DNA of 64,000 nucleotides from Octopus sinensis (Eukaryota): positions 73,222,001-73,286,000 of the forward strand of contig NC_042998.1 in NCBI RefSeq assembly GCF_006345805.1. Reading direction: 5' to 3'. The notes below the pieces were generated by a model. The model made no database searches, had not been told where the DNA came from, and was given only the letters and a program-made list of their open reading frames with translations. A program made the translations under genes and the position numbers. Below, piece after piece: positions 52,714 through 64,000 of this stretch (within the stretch, counting starts at the first letter, position 1; each line of letters starts with the position of its first letter).

Positions 52714-52720
52714 TGTAGGC
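52385..52720. repeat. Compound (CA)n/(TA)n/(TATG)n microsatellite
   Basis: Direct observation. Confidence 0.95.
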
Positions 52721-53289
52721 ATGCATATAAGTATACGTTTGTGAAATATTTCTGCTGGCACTACGATTAAAAGGAACTCCATAGAGCAGAGAGGTTGGGA
52801 ACTTTTGCTGCACGTCTCTAGATAGAACAAAATCAATGATGGAGAGATATTGTCAATTAAATTTATTGGGAGGAAGCTTGATATACCTATTTCCATCATC
52901 TGTTTTCTCTACTGAATCATACAGAAGACAGTAAAATATACAAATATACGCAAACTGTCAGCATTGGCATTCGTAGCTATTCACTTAAAATATCATGTGT
53001 ATGTTACAGTTTGTATGTATACCCATATATTTGTACTTATTATGTACATATACGCGTCTCTGCGTGTTTCTATAAAGTATTATAGATCGCATCTATAGAT
53101 GTATTAGCCACCACTTTATGTTATGACGATTGTAACCAATATGTGCACAAAATATCTGTGGATAAGGAATGAATGAACGCACATACGTTTCGCCTCTTGT
53201 TAGAATTGTAGTCAGCAACTTAGTGTCACTCACACCGGACCAGAAACCTTCTGCTTGTATACTCATTAATATTCTTTTCTACTCGAGGT

Positions 53290-53600
53290 ACAAGGCCCGA
53301 AACTTTTGGTCAGAGAGCCAGTCGATTAGATCGACCACAGTATGCAACTGGTACTTAATTTACCGACCCCGAAAAGATGAAAGGCAAAGTCGACCTCGGT
53401 GGAATTTGAACTCAGAACGTAAAGACAGACGTAATAGCGCTAAGATTTTCGCCCGGCGTTCTAACGTTTCTGCCAAGGTTGACTTTGCTTTTCGTCCTTT
53501 CGGAGTCGATAAGATAAGTACCAGTTGAACACTGAGATCGATAAAATCGACTCATCCCCACCTCCCCAATCTACCCTTGCGGCAAAAATTTGAAAGAAAC
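53290..53600. mobile_element. Fold-back SINE family B (minus copy fused to inverted 3' half)
   Basis: Arms 53321-53396 and 53476-53551 are imperfect reverse complements. Confidence 0.8.
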
Positions 53601-53789
53601 ATTAACGGTTAGAGTAAATTAAATAGCGCAATTTGTATATTTAACACTTGCTTAACAGTGAATTTGAATATTAAATTAGAATTAACATCGCATTGTTTCA
53701 TTGTTCTTACAAATCTGTTCACGAACATATTGTAGACGCATAGTTTACAATCGTAGCAACACAAATTATTGATTTCAAATTCTAGCACA

Positions 53790-53970
53790 ATATCAGCAGT
53801 TTCGTGGGAAGAGATAAGTCGATTACACCGACACCAGTGTTCAACTGGTGCTTATTTAATCGACCTTGAAATGGTCGACCCCGGTGGCATTTGGACTCAG
53901 AATATACACACGGACGAATGCCGTTAAACATTTTGCTCGTCTCAATAACACTTCTGCCAGCTCACCGACT
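53790..53970 (-). mobile_element. tRNA-derived SINE family B
   Basis: gtcgattacaccgacaccagtgttcaactggtgc..ttctgccagctcacc. Confidence 0.8.
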
Positions 53971-54485
53971 TATACCAACACAAATTATTGACTAATATAT
54001 CAGTAGATATTTACTATAGCGCGTTATATGAATGAAACAAAAGAGAGTGAACACACAATTTATATGATACATATATGTATACACATTCGAACAAAAGATG
54101 TTTTGCTAGTGGAGCAGACTCAGGCAGGGTTTCTTTTACTGTATAACTAACGTGTTGCTAAGTTATTTAACTTTTGTTCCTCCATGCAATAGACTTTGTC
54201 CACGGGGAAAACAAGTTCTCTTACGATTTGTAAAATCGTAAGAAACTTTGCAAAGCGTAAGAACGGATGTCAGAATGCATCCTACCTGACAAAGTAACAG
54301 TTTTATCAATCATTCAGCCCCGATTGATACATATTCCATCTCATCAAAAGTGATGAAAACCAGAGTATATGAACACATATTGTGAATTATCTCATGCGAC
54401 GATAGAGCAACTCTGCGAATTTGAAACATTTATATTGCCTTACAGATAATAGGCAATAAAATATATTCATTCATATACTTTATAT

Positions 54486-54622
54486 ACATTATTTACATTT
54501 GACGGATATTTACTATATGTCCATGGGAATATGGCGCAGAGGTTAAGAGTGCGGGCTACTAACCCCAAGATTCCGAGTTCGATTCCAGGCAGTGACCTGA
54601 ATAATAATAATAATAATAATAA

Positions 54623-54665
<43 letters not shown>

Positions 54666-54866
54666 TTAATAATAATAATAATATCGAAAAATACCTTAGG
54701 AATGAGCACCCAGGTTCGAAATTTCCCGAAGACACCTGATGAAGGCTGGAGGGTATATCAGCTGAAACGTTGTGTTAACAACAAACAGGATGAGGACAAA
54801 TATCGGTCAAATGTAAATAATGTAAATAATGTACATTATTCCTCATCTCTTAAATATAGAACTGTA
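54486..54866 (+). mobile_element. tRNA-head/(AAT)n/hammerhead element, copy X (cleanest)
   Basis: A box 54532-42, B box 54575-86, (AAT)n 54600-54682, hammerhead 54731-76, tail to 54866; 25-bp inverted tail remnant at 54486-54510. Confidence 0.88.
54731..54776 (+). ncRNA. Minimal type I hammerhead ribozyme (copy X)
   Basis: GACAC/GTGTT stem I, CUGAUGA, extra A, GGCTG/CAGCT stem II, GAAA, AACGTT palindrome, GUU triplet with predicted cut after 54771. Confidence 0.8.
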
Positions 54867-55269
54867 TATTCATTCATACGTATAATGAAAAAGAAAAATC
54901 AACGATGTTCTTGAGACATGGACACTTAAGGCAGTTTTACAGGTTCTATAGCGTATATTTTCTCCATCAGGAGGAAATGCCACTCTGTGGCAGACTTACC
55001 AATTTTTGTCAGCGGGATTGGCTGGGCCAATGTCAAATGTAGTATTTTACTGAGGAACAGAATGCATTGTCCGGTCTAAGTATCAAAACCACAATCTACG
55101 ATCCTGAGTGCAACACCTTAACCATTTCTAGGCCATACACCTCCATATACACATGCGCGCGCGTACACACACACGCGCGCGTGTGTGTACATACATATAA
55201 ATGCGTACATTTGTGTGTGCGTCTATATTAAATTAAGGCTATTTTAAAGATACGAAAAATACACTGACT

Positions 55270-55640
55270 AGTGGACACAGTACGGTGGCCTGTTGGACAA
55301 GAGTCTTTTACTATAGCCTTGGACAGACCTAAAGCCCTTGTGAGTGGATTTTGTAGATGAAAAACCAAAAGCCCGTCGTGTATATATATATTTATGTGTG
55401 TGTGTGTATGTGTGTGTACATGTGTATAGGCGGAGTTGTATAAGTGTACGCGTGTGTGTGAGTGAGTGTCTTTGTGTCTGTGTTTGTCCCCCATCACCAG
55501 TTGAAAACTTTTGTTTTCTACGTTCTTTGGTTAGAGTAATTACTAAGCTTTCGAATAAAACAAGTCCTAGGGTCGATTCATTCGACTATAAATTCTTAAA
55601 TTCGGTGCCCCACCATGAGCGCAGTCTGATGTTTGAAACC
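55270..55640 (+). mobile_element. tRNA-derived SINE family A, diverged
   Basis: ctatagcctt..ccttgtgagtggattttgtaga..aagcccgtcg, (TG)n, then the family tail. Confidence 0.75.
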
Positions 55641-56519
55641 AGTAAAAGATTAAAGAATGATAAAGTTGTGACTCACATCATTACGCCAGTGTCGAATGAT
55701 TCTACCAACTGCGATGCTGAAAATTTACTTAACGAATAGACTCAGATAATGTGAAGTGAAAGGTATTCTTTGTACTACGCTTCATAGTTAAATTTTCTGA
55801 GTAGAATTATTAAGTGCGGGGTATTATTTAATAGTTCATAGTCGACAGCTAGCAAACATATATATGTATATTTATTCGTGTATATGTTGTTTTAGTTGTT
55901 TAATATGTCTATTCGTATCTACTACCCTACATAAGCTCCCTACAGTATTTTAACGCAAGCGACTTAATGTACTGCTTTCTGTGATTTAAGAGATGTGTCC
56001 GTACATTTTCCTCTCTAATATTTACACTTTTCACCATCATCACATCACATCTTTAGTTTCTTACCCTCTCACACATCCAGCAATGCCCGGTGATCCCATA
56101 TTCCCCGTGACTGTTTCTGCCAGCTTTAGTTTTTAGCCATATTTTTTTCACTCTCAGAGTAAGCCCAGACCAATGAAACTTCGTATTCTCCATTTCTCAA
56201 AGAAAATAAACTTTGCCAACTTTCCTGACTAATTCTGTTTTTCCATTTTTCTTCTATTTCTTCTTAGAAATACCAGTACACAAAATGACATTTGTGTGTA
56301 TTTTTCTGTGTATATAAATATACACGTTTGTATGCATTTATACACTATTATGTATGTTCGTTTTTTAGTGGGGAAAACTTGTGTGCGCACTTCTGCGTGG
56401 AGGTACGTACATCTTTCTCCCTATCACTATTTATCCGTACATGAGCACGCGTACTTGCAAACACACATATGCATGAAAATATGAGAATATATATATAAAT
56501 ATATGTATGTACAGAAATG

Positions 56520-56697
56520 AAATATATATATTTGTGTATGAGTGTGTGTGCGTGTGTGTGTGTGTGTGCGCGTTTATGTGGGTATTAACTAAATATAGTG
56601 TTCAAAATATTATATATATATATATTTATATATATATATATATATGTATATATACACACGTATATATGTACATACATGTATATATATATGTATGTAC

Positions 56698-56728
<31 letters not shown>

Positions 56729-56753
56729 TGTGTGTATATATGTATATACATAC

Positions 56754-56830
<77 letters not shown>

Positions 56831-56870
56831 GGCAGATAGATTGATAGATAGATATGTATATATATATGTA
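56520..56870. repeat. Long imperfect (TA)n/(TG)n microsatellite
   Basis: Direct observation. Confidence 0.95.
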
Positions 56871-57149
56871 TACTAACGCAACACATTATTTAATAAAAAT
56901 GCTTTGGAATAGGTTATGTGGTGCTCATGATAATAAAAAAAAAATATGCTAGATTGACATTTGCAACTTAGATATTGAAATATGCGAATGAAATATCATT
57001 AGAGATGTGATGATGTATATTCTAGGGAATATATAATTCTGAATTTTTATTTGAGCATTAAATTTCTATTCCACAATAAATAAAATTAATTTTCTTTTCT
57101 TGCGTTTATTAAAATATATTTAATTCTAAATTCTTTTTCAGTAACAGAT

Positions 57150-57197
<48 letters not shown>

Positions 57198-57236
57198 ATA
57201 AATGGATAAAGTGTTAAGTGTTTGTGCATATGCGGG

Positions 57237-57274
<38 letters not shown>

Positions 57275-57415
57275 TGTATATATATTTAGATAGATACGTA
57301 TATATACATATACGTAAATATATATGTATATGTATGTATATCTATCTTTCTATGTATGCGTAAAAGCACGTGCAAACTTACATGTGTGCTCACATACACA
57401 CACAGAGATAGATAG

Positions 57416-57458
<43 letters not shown>

Positions 57459-57749
57459 GTTAGCTACATGGAAGATATCATCGGTGATCTCTATCAGGAT
57501 ACTGAACTGGATTCCTTCAACATTCGAGTTCACTTTCACCATCTCCACTGCATCTGTTTGTTTCGTTAACATCTGTCACCTTTTACTTTCTAAACTTCTC
57601 TCTGCTTCCTACTTTATCTCTCCTGTTTTCTCTTCTCTTTCTTTCTTACATGCCTCACTCTCTCTCTCTCTCTTTCCCTATTTCTATAAATCGACCAACT
57701 CCCATCCTTACTTCACTACTTCCAACATCAACCACTGCACTTAATTCTA

Positions 57750-58560
57750 CCTTCTTCTCCAAATTTACAGTCACGATCACAATACACCTCCGCAGTTTAC
57801 CCGTAATTAACCTTAAATCATTGTCAATAATGGACCCCGCTTTCCTCTTAAGCTTTATTACATCTCTACTTAAATATCATGCACCCTCAACTGTTTTCTT
57901 TTCTCGATCACCTGCCATTATCATTCCTTAACTATGCAACAGCCAATATTCTGCATTGCCTCCGCCATCGCTTAGACCCTGCCATCTCCAACATAGCCTA
58001 GAATGTTCCCTATCCTCCATTAGTCCAGCTCTCACCTACCGGGGCATTTTAGTGTATAGAACTTGAAACCCCACCAACTACCTCACCTGGATAATTCCCC
58101 TCCTCCCATTCCCATTTACTGCATACCCTACATTCTACAACATTTCTACTCTCTTAGACCTAGTCAGTATACCTTCCTCACCACAGATCATTTTACCTGC
58201 AAACTCGTACTGTCACAACTAGTAATGTCATTGTTGATTTATATATCAGATAACTTCCCTTTACATTTCAGACAAAACAGTTTGTAAGTTAGCGGATAAT
58301 ATCAGAGAACATCGAGTACCGGTTAAACATCCCCACCTTCTCTGTCCGTAGCATCTTTAACTATTCCGACCTCACTATTTCCAGGCACTCAATCTGTGTT
58401 ATTTAAAAATCTCTTCCCTTGCTTCTTTGCGTCACAATGAACAGCGCCTTACCTTCCACTCTTACATGTTAAACGAATTATGTACGAATAGCTAGGCAAT
58501 ATTAACGTCCTTCGACACCACTTATTAATCTTCCACATGTCATTCTAAGTTAACATACCC
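57750..58560 (+). mobile_element. Degenerate Penelope-like GIY-YIG region
   Basis: DHFTC, TTSNVI and YISDKTVCKLADNIREH resemble FTCxSSNVIY..YIGxTxRxLADRxREH. Confidence 0.5.
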
Positions 58561-58695
58561 CACGTGAACAGGAATTCATGAAGCATATAAACTCGCCTAT
58601 GAATGTTATACATCCGCCAAACTAACTTATACAACTATATGTATATATACACATACACAGCCACATATACACATACACACATACACGCACATATA

Positions 58696-58912
58696 CTGTG
58701 GGGGTTCTAAAATGCTCATGGTTTGGGGTGAAAGAAAATACAGGAGGGATCGGTTAATTATGATTTTATTCAAAGCATTCCCCTCTTGGATTCACACACT
58801 TATTGCAGCAATCCTTCAGTATTTCTAAACGCTGTAAAAGAACTCAGAAGGTTTAGGCCTCCAACCAGGCCTTTCGCATACTCTTAAAGCCAGAAACTTT
58901 TCAGCATGTATG
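58696..58912. mobile_element. Mariner-derived MITE
   Basis: Decayed inverted ends (ta|ctgtgggggttctaaaatgctcatggttt and aaagccagaaacttttcagcatg..ta), ~215 bp, non-coding. Confidence 0.6.
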
Positions 58913-58929
58913 TATATAAGTATATATGG

Positions 58930-58959
<30 letters not shown>

Positions 58960-58961
<2 letters not shown>

Positions 58962-59175
58962 GTGCGTGGGAGGTTGTTTCTGTTTTTCCCCCAACATCGC
59001 TTGACAACGGATGCTGGTGTGTTCACGTCCCCGTAACTTAGCAGTTCTGCAAAAGTGACTGATAGAATAAGCACAAGGCTTACAAAGAATAAGTCTAGGA
59101 GACGAATTTCTTGACTAACGGCAGAGCTCCACCATGACACCAGTCAAATGACTGAAGCAATAAAACAATAAAAGA
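58960..59175 (+). mobile_element. SINE family A 3' half
   Basis: ccccaacatcgcttgacaac.gatgctggtgtgtt.acgtccccgtaacttagc..aaatgactgaa. Confidence 0.8.
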
Positions 59176-59189
59176 AAAGAAGAATATTT

Positions 59190-59232
<43 letters not shown>

Positions 59233-59864
59233 CACACACACATACGTTATGTCGAAGGATAATTTTTTAACGTTAATTTCTTTTAACCTGGTCAGCTAGC
59301 ATGGTATCTACATTAATTGTATATGAATATATATTAATGCAGACACGTAATTTATTACTTACGAAATATAATGAAATAACTTATCTATGCATGATTTATT
59401 AACCTGCGAAATAATATCCTATGTTAAAATTAATTTTCTCATAATAAAAATACACATACACACATACACACATTTCAAGCACGCATGCTGGCGCATTGCC
59501 TTTTGTGTTTAATTCACCGTCGCGCTCTCATAGAAAGGCATGGATAAATTCCCATTCTTACCTCGCGCCAAGGACCAAACACCTTTATGTAACCATCCTA
59601 CATGCAGTTGACTGTAAAACTCAACATGTTCGCATCATGTGCATATACACCATATTTACGACACACTAAACCTCTATCTTCATACCAGTGCATAAACTTG
59701 TAATATTATACTTAATCCTAAGCATAACAACTAATATGGTTTTGTGAGTTTATGTATTAGATGTATTAGTGTAGGTGTTTGCTTTTGCGGACTTGTGGGA
59801 AGTAGTATGCGTATATATGTGTGTGCATTTACATATATATATATATATATATATAATATATATA

Positions 59865-59899
<35 letters not shown>

Positions 59900-60164
59900 C
59901 TGCTACATAAACATCGATATACACAGAAGCCTGCATTCTACTGCTGAATAGGACATAAATTATGACTACTCTTGACTTTTGGAAGTATAAATCCAGTATA
60001 ACATGGAGGTAGTGGAAACGTTGTGAATGACACCATCAACTACGATGACAATGATGACAACAACAAGCACAACAACAATGATAATAATAATAATAATAAT
60101 ATAATAATAATAATATAATAATAATATAATATAATAATAATAATAATAATTTTGGCACAATGTC

Positions 60165-60290
60165 AGCAATTTCGTGAGAGTGGTGGGTTGATTGCATCGT
60201 CCCCCGAAAAGGATAAAAAGGCGAAGTTGTCCTCGGCATAATTTGAACTCAGAACGTGAAGCCGGACGAAATAACATTTCTGCCACCTTG
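60165..60290 (-). mobile_element. SINE family B fragment
   Basis: ccccgaaaaggataaaaggcgaagttgtcctcggcataatttgaactcagaacg. Confidence 0.7.
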
Positions 60291-60623
60291 CCAAGTGGAT
60301 GATGATGATGATGATGATGACGACAACGACGACGTTGACGATGCCGACCACGACGACGACGATGATGATGATGATGATGACGAGCAGGAGGAGTAAGAGT
60401 GAAAGAGAGAAGAGAATCGAAAAAAGAAAGAAAGAAAGGAGTGATAAAAATGAAGAGCCCATAAGAAAGATATATTATGACAACGTCCATGGAGGTTATA
60501 TTTGCAATTCACCAGTTATACATAAATATTTATACATGGATATACACGTTAACAGTACGCTTTATGTTTTCCAATATTTTACTTATTTTCTTATACACCT
60601 AACGTATTCCATATAAATATTTT

Positions 60624-60701
<78 letters not shown>

Positions 60702-60849
60702 TATATACTAATGTGGGTATTGAACAGATGTGATAAAAGGAGATAAATATCAGCGAAGAAAAACACACACGAAAAACTCTGTAATATACTGTATCTTACA
60801 ATACGTTTCAATAACTTTAGAAAAAGTAAACTTCATATAAATAACTTAC

Positions 60850-60908
60850 GTTTGACCTTTACATAGGAATCGAAACTCTCAGACAAAAGTTCGTGTTTTG
60901 ATTCGAAT
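60850..60908 (-). CDS. Candidate 59-nt exon (FESKHELLSESFDSYVKVK)
   Basis: attag acceptor, AC|GTAAGT donor, single open frame (phase 2 to 1). Confidence 0.2.
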
Positions 60909-61408
60909 CTAATGTCAGTTTAGTTAACAATAGATATGAATTAATTGTAAAATAGTCTACTCTACTAATACTTTCGAATAAAGCACCCAGTTGCACACAC
61001 AGATAATGCATGCGTATGTATGTGTAAAAGGAACGTATACAAGCACGAAAGTACATATGTCGCAAGAAAATAAAAGAACTGTAGTCAATCGTTGTTGTAT
61101 TGTGTATTTATTGGAACCAAGTGTGACTCGTTGGCTGGTAGTCTTAGTTTCTCGTTTGACGCGATGATTCAAGCTTTCTTCCTGGATATGAAAAGTAAAT
61201 CGGTTTGCTAGTGATTAGTAAACATATTACTCTTATTTTAGCACTTTATGTTCTAAATGAGAACTCAGACTACAACTTATGTCCAACCACCAAAATAACA
61301 CACGGCATCTTGGTCGATTGGTCGAAGTTGTATTCTAAAGCTAATGTCGGACATTTTTGTTAATTATTCACAACTCCAATTTTAAAGTTGTGTGTGTGTT
61401 GTGTGTAC

Positions 61409-61468
<60 letters not shown>

Positions 61469-61516
61469 ATATACACAACACACACGCGTATATATACGCT
61501 TACATACGCATGGCAA

Positions 61517-61577
61517 GATAACTGAGGAGATGGCGGGGTGGATTTCCACCTCGGCATCCGAAACTCGGAGTTTTATC
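61517..61577 (+). ncRNA. Complete type I hammerhead ribozyme of a different family
   Basis: GATAA/TTATC stem I, CUGAGGA core, 13-bp stem II with one mismatch (gatggcggggtgg/ccacctcggcatc), GAAA, ACT-cgg-AGT stem III, GUU triplet with predicted cut after 61572. Confidence 0.78.
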
Positions 61578-62304
61578 GTGGCTATGAATAATTCTCACAT
61601 ATTACGTTTACAGATAAATTCCTCTATTTACATAATATCGAGGTCTCTTTCTTTCTTTTGTTGTCTTACCATATTTATCAATATATATTTATATATATAC
61701 ATAAAGCAGAGAGAGTGTGTCTGCGTGCGTACGTGATGCGTATGTTCCTTATGGATTCGAAAACTGAGTTGTCAATTTTGACGTATCAGGTATCAAAACA
61801 TTCAGTAAACTTTTGGCTACCAAATAATGTATGTTGTTTTTCACAACTGTTTTTTTTACTACCAAACGAACCTCGAAAGCCAGGTCGGGTCGCACAATTT
61901 TGATGTCTTTAGTGAATGTGCTATACCTTTTAATTATGCTTATTCAGGATTTTTTTAATTTGGAGTTGTTATAAAACTTCCTCATTTTGTTAATTTCGGA
62001 ATTTGCAGGCTTCATACAAAGCGTTTAGTATATTGACCTGTACAACAATTACTTGCAGTCTCAGTTGAACGCATATGATGTTTTTCAGAACCTGAGGCTT
62101 TTTTTATACTCTTAGGTTTTCTCTTGTGGCTCTTTATTGAATTAAAACAGCTTAATTACAGCGTGTGTTTTTTTACGGTTAGTTTTCTACTTTCTTTGGG
62201 TTTTTTCTAGAAACTGAATTTAACAACAACATTTTCTGAATATTGTTTCTTTGTACAATTATATTGGTTTCCAGTTTTGACACAGACCAGCAATTTTGAT
62301 TACA

Positions 62305-62470
62305 GAAACCCACCCCAGCGTTCAACTGGTACTTATTTTATCGACCCCAGAAGGATATAAGTCAAAGTTGATTTCCACGGAATTCGAAACTCAGCACGTA
62401 CATACAGACGAAGTTTTTAGTGGTATTTCGTCTAGTATACGAACGATTCTACCCGCTCGTTGCCTTTGGT
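62305..62470 (-). mobile_element. SINE family B
   Basis: ccccagcgttcaactggtacttattttatcgaccccagaaggat..gaattcgaaactcag. Confidence 0.75.
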
Positions 62471-63139
62471 GTATGATTATATCATGTAGACTTACTATCA
62501 GACTTATCGTGGTGTGGCTACTGAGAGATTTAATTGCACTCCTACTTATTTCGTATGGCATTTTACTGCTAACTAGGGGGTTTATGCTATGGTATAAATG
62601 TGTGAGTAGTGTATTACCAGTTGTTTCTATTTTCTATCCGGTCGCCATTGTCACTTATGTAATTCACGTTATGCTTTATACCTTGCCTACTGATATGTTT
62701 TTCAAAGAAGTGTCAATAATTATATTGTTGAGCATAACTCGATGATTGTTCCGTTGGGCATTTTGGAAGTTCGTGAAAGTTTAATTCGGTGATGTGAGAG
62801 TGATTTTATAGTGATGACCAGGCAGCCAGATGAGCTTTAGGGAATTATATACCAACTGATGTGTGATAATTATGTGTGGAGACGAAAGTTACATCGGAAG
62901 TGATTTTATTTTATTCGGCGCGTTATATAGGTGTCGAGATTGATAGCATTATATTTATTTATTTTTTAAATTTAATGTTTTATGCTGTTGCTTTCTCTGT
63001 TTTAAATGCTTACATTTCTAGTGTATGTAGTGACTGAATGTGGGATTTTTTGGTACGTACATATGAGCAAAAACGGACGCGCACATAAACGTATATGTAG
63101 ATAAATTTATGTATCTATGTGAATATATAGATAAAGACA

Positions 63140-63186
<47 letters not shown>

Positions 63187-63198
63187 AGAGAGAGAGAT

Positions 63199-63555
63199 GC
63201 AGGCGTGACTGTATGATAAGAAGCTTGCTTCCCAACCATGTGGTTCCCGATATCAATCCCACTGCGTAGCGCCTTGGACAAGTGTTTTCAACTATAGCCT
63301 TGAGCCGACCAAAACCTTCTGTGCAAATTCGGAAGACGGAAACTGAAAGAAGTGGTGTGTGCGTGCGTGCGCACGCGTGTTTGTGTCTGTGTTTGATCTT
63401 CACCCCACTCCACCTCTTGACAACTGGTGTTGGTGTGTTTACGACTCCGTAACTTAGCGTTTCAAAAAAATTCTCCGATAGAATAAATTCTAGGCTTTAA
63501 AAAGTAACTCCTGGGGTCGATAAAACTCTTCAAGGCGGTGCTTAAGCATGGCTGC
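63199..63555 (+). mobile_element. tRNA-derived SINE family A
   Basis: gcaggcgtgactgtatgataagaagcttgcttcccaaccatgtggttcc..ggacaagtg..ccgaccaaaacc..ggaaactgaaagaag. Confidence 0.85.
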
Positions 63556-64000
63556 AGATAACCAGACAGATAGACAGATATAAAGATAGAGAAAGAGATG
63601 TTACACAAACATGCATGCATACATACATACGTATATTCGTATATGTGTGCGTATGTGTCTTCCTACCCTTGTCTTCATTTTCCTCCTTTCTCTTCTTATT
63701 TTTATTTTCGCGAATCTATTTTAGTCTAAAGCGTGTATGCTTGTGTTGACATCGGAATTTGTATTTTGTGCCAACAGAACATTCATTTTCCCTTTTTATC
63801 TCCGGAGTCCATCTGTGCAATGGCTGGCAGGCAACTACGGGCTCTGTATGAATTTCTGAATATGTAGCTATGCCTTCCTTACTTGCTTCCATCTTTCTTG
63901 GTATATATGCATGCACGCTGATGTATGTGCATTTGCCAGGCACCTTCTGCTTTCGAGTTCTCTTCTAATGATCCAGGCCAGAACCCAGCATAAAAGTTCA

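Noticed and set aside
54525-54600. tRNA gene (also 44156, 50462, 50555 and SINE heads)
   Set aside because: A/B boxes are present but there is no proper acceptor stem or terminator, and each is embedded in a repeat; treated as SINE-type heads.
60850-60890. Hammerhead-like gaatcGAAACtctcagac
   Set aside because: CUGANGA is absent and the triplet reads GAC.
60957-61181. Minus exon with furin-like RVKR after a strong acceptor
   Set aside because: No convincing donor, and the frame runs into low-complexity sequence.
62296-62745. 149-aa hydrophobic ORF as a membrane protein
   Set aside because: It starts inside a SINE and looks like antisense of decayed TE sequence; no motif.

Overview
This is an AT-rich, intron- or intergenic-like stretch of animal genomic DNA packed with microsatellites and transposable-element debris. 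The SINE families and repeat landscape look like an octopus genome (recognised from memory, not searched). There is no intact host gene, rRNA, true tRNA gene or CRISPR array, and most ORF-track entries are microsatellite or antisense artefacts. Retroelements supported by the sequence: a near-intact RTE reverse transcriptase region, five R4/Dong-type REL-endonuclease LINE fragments, CR1/L2, Tx1/L1 and Penelope-like (PLE) fragments, and many tRNA-derived SINEs. DNA elements: a full-length dead Tc1, an internally deleted maT-like element, mariner and hAT MITEs, and tandem non-autonomous Helitrons. The most notable signal is a non-coding element, present three times, built as tRNA-like Pol III head + (AAT)n spacer + minimal type I hammerhead ribozyme. 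Two copies form a head-to-head inverted pair, and the (AAT)n spacer of one is occupied by an R4/Dong 3' end and a ~550-bp (AAT)n-flanked retroposon. Two further, unrelated hammerhead motifs occur at 7.0 kb (core-deleted) and 61.5 kb (complete). Scattered splice-site-bounded ORFs hint at a minus-strand host gene with LRR-like motifs, but this is low confidence.
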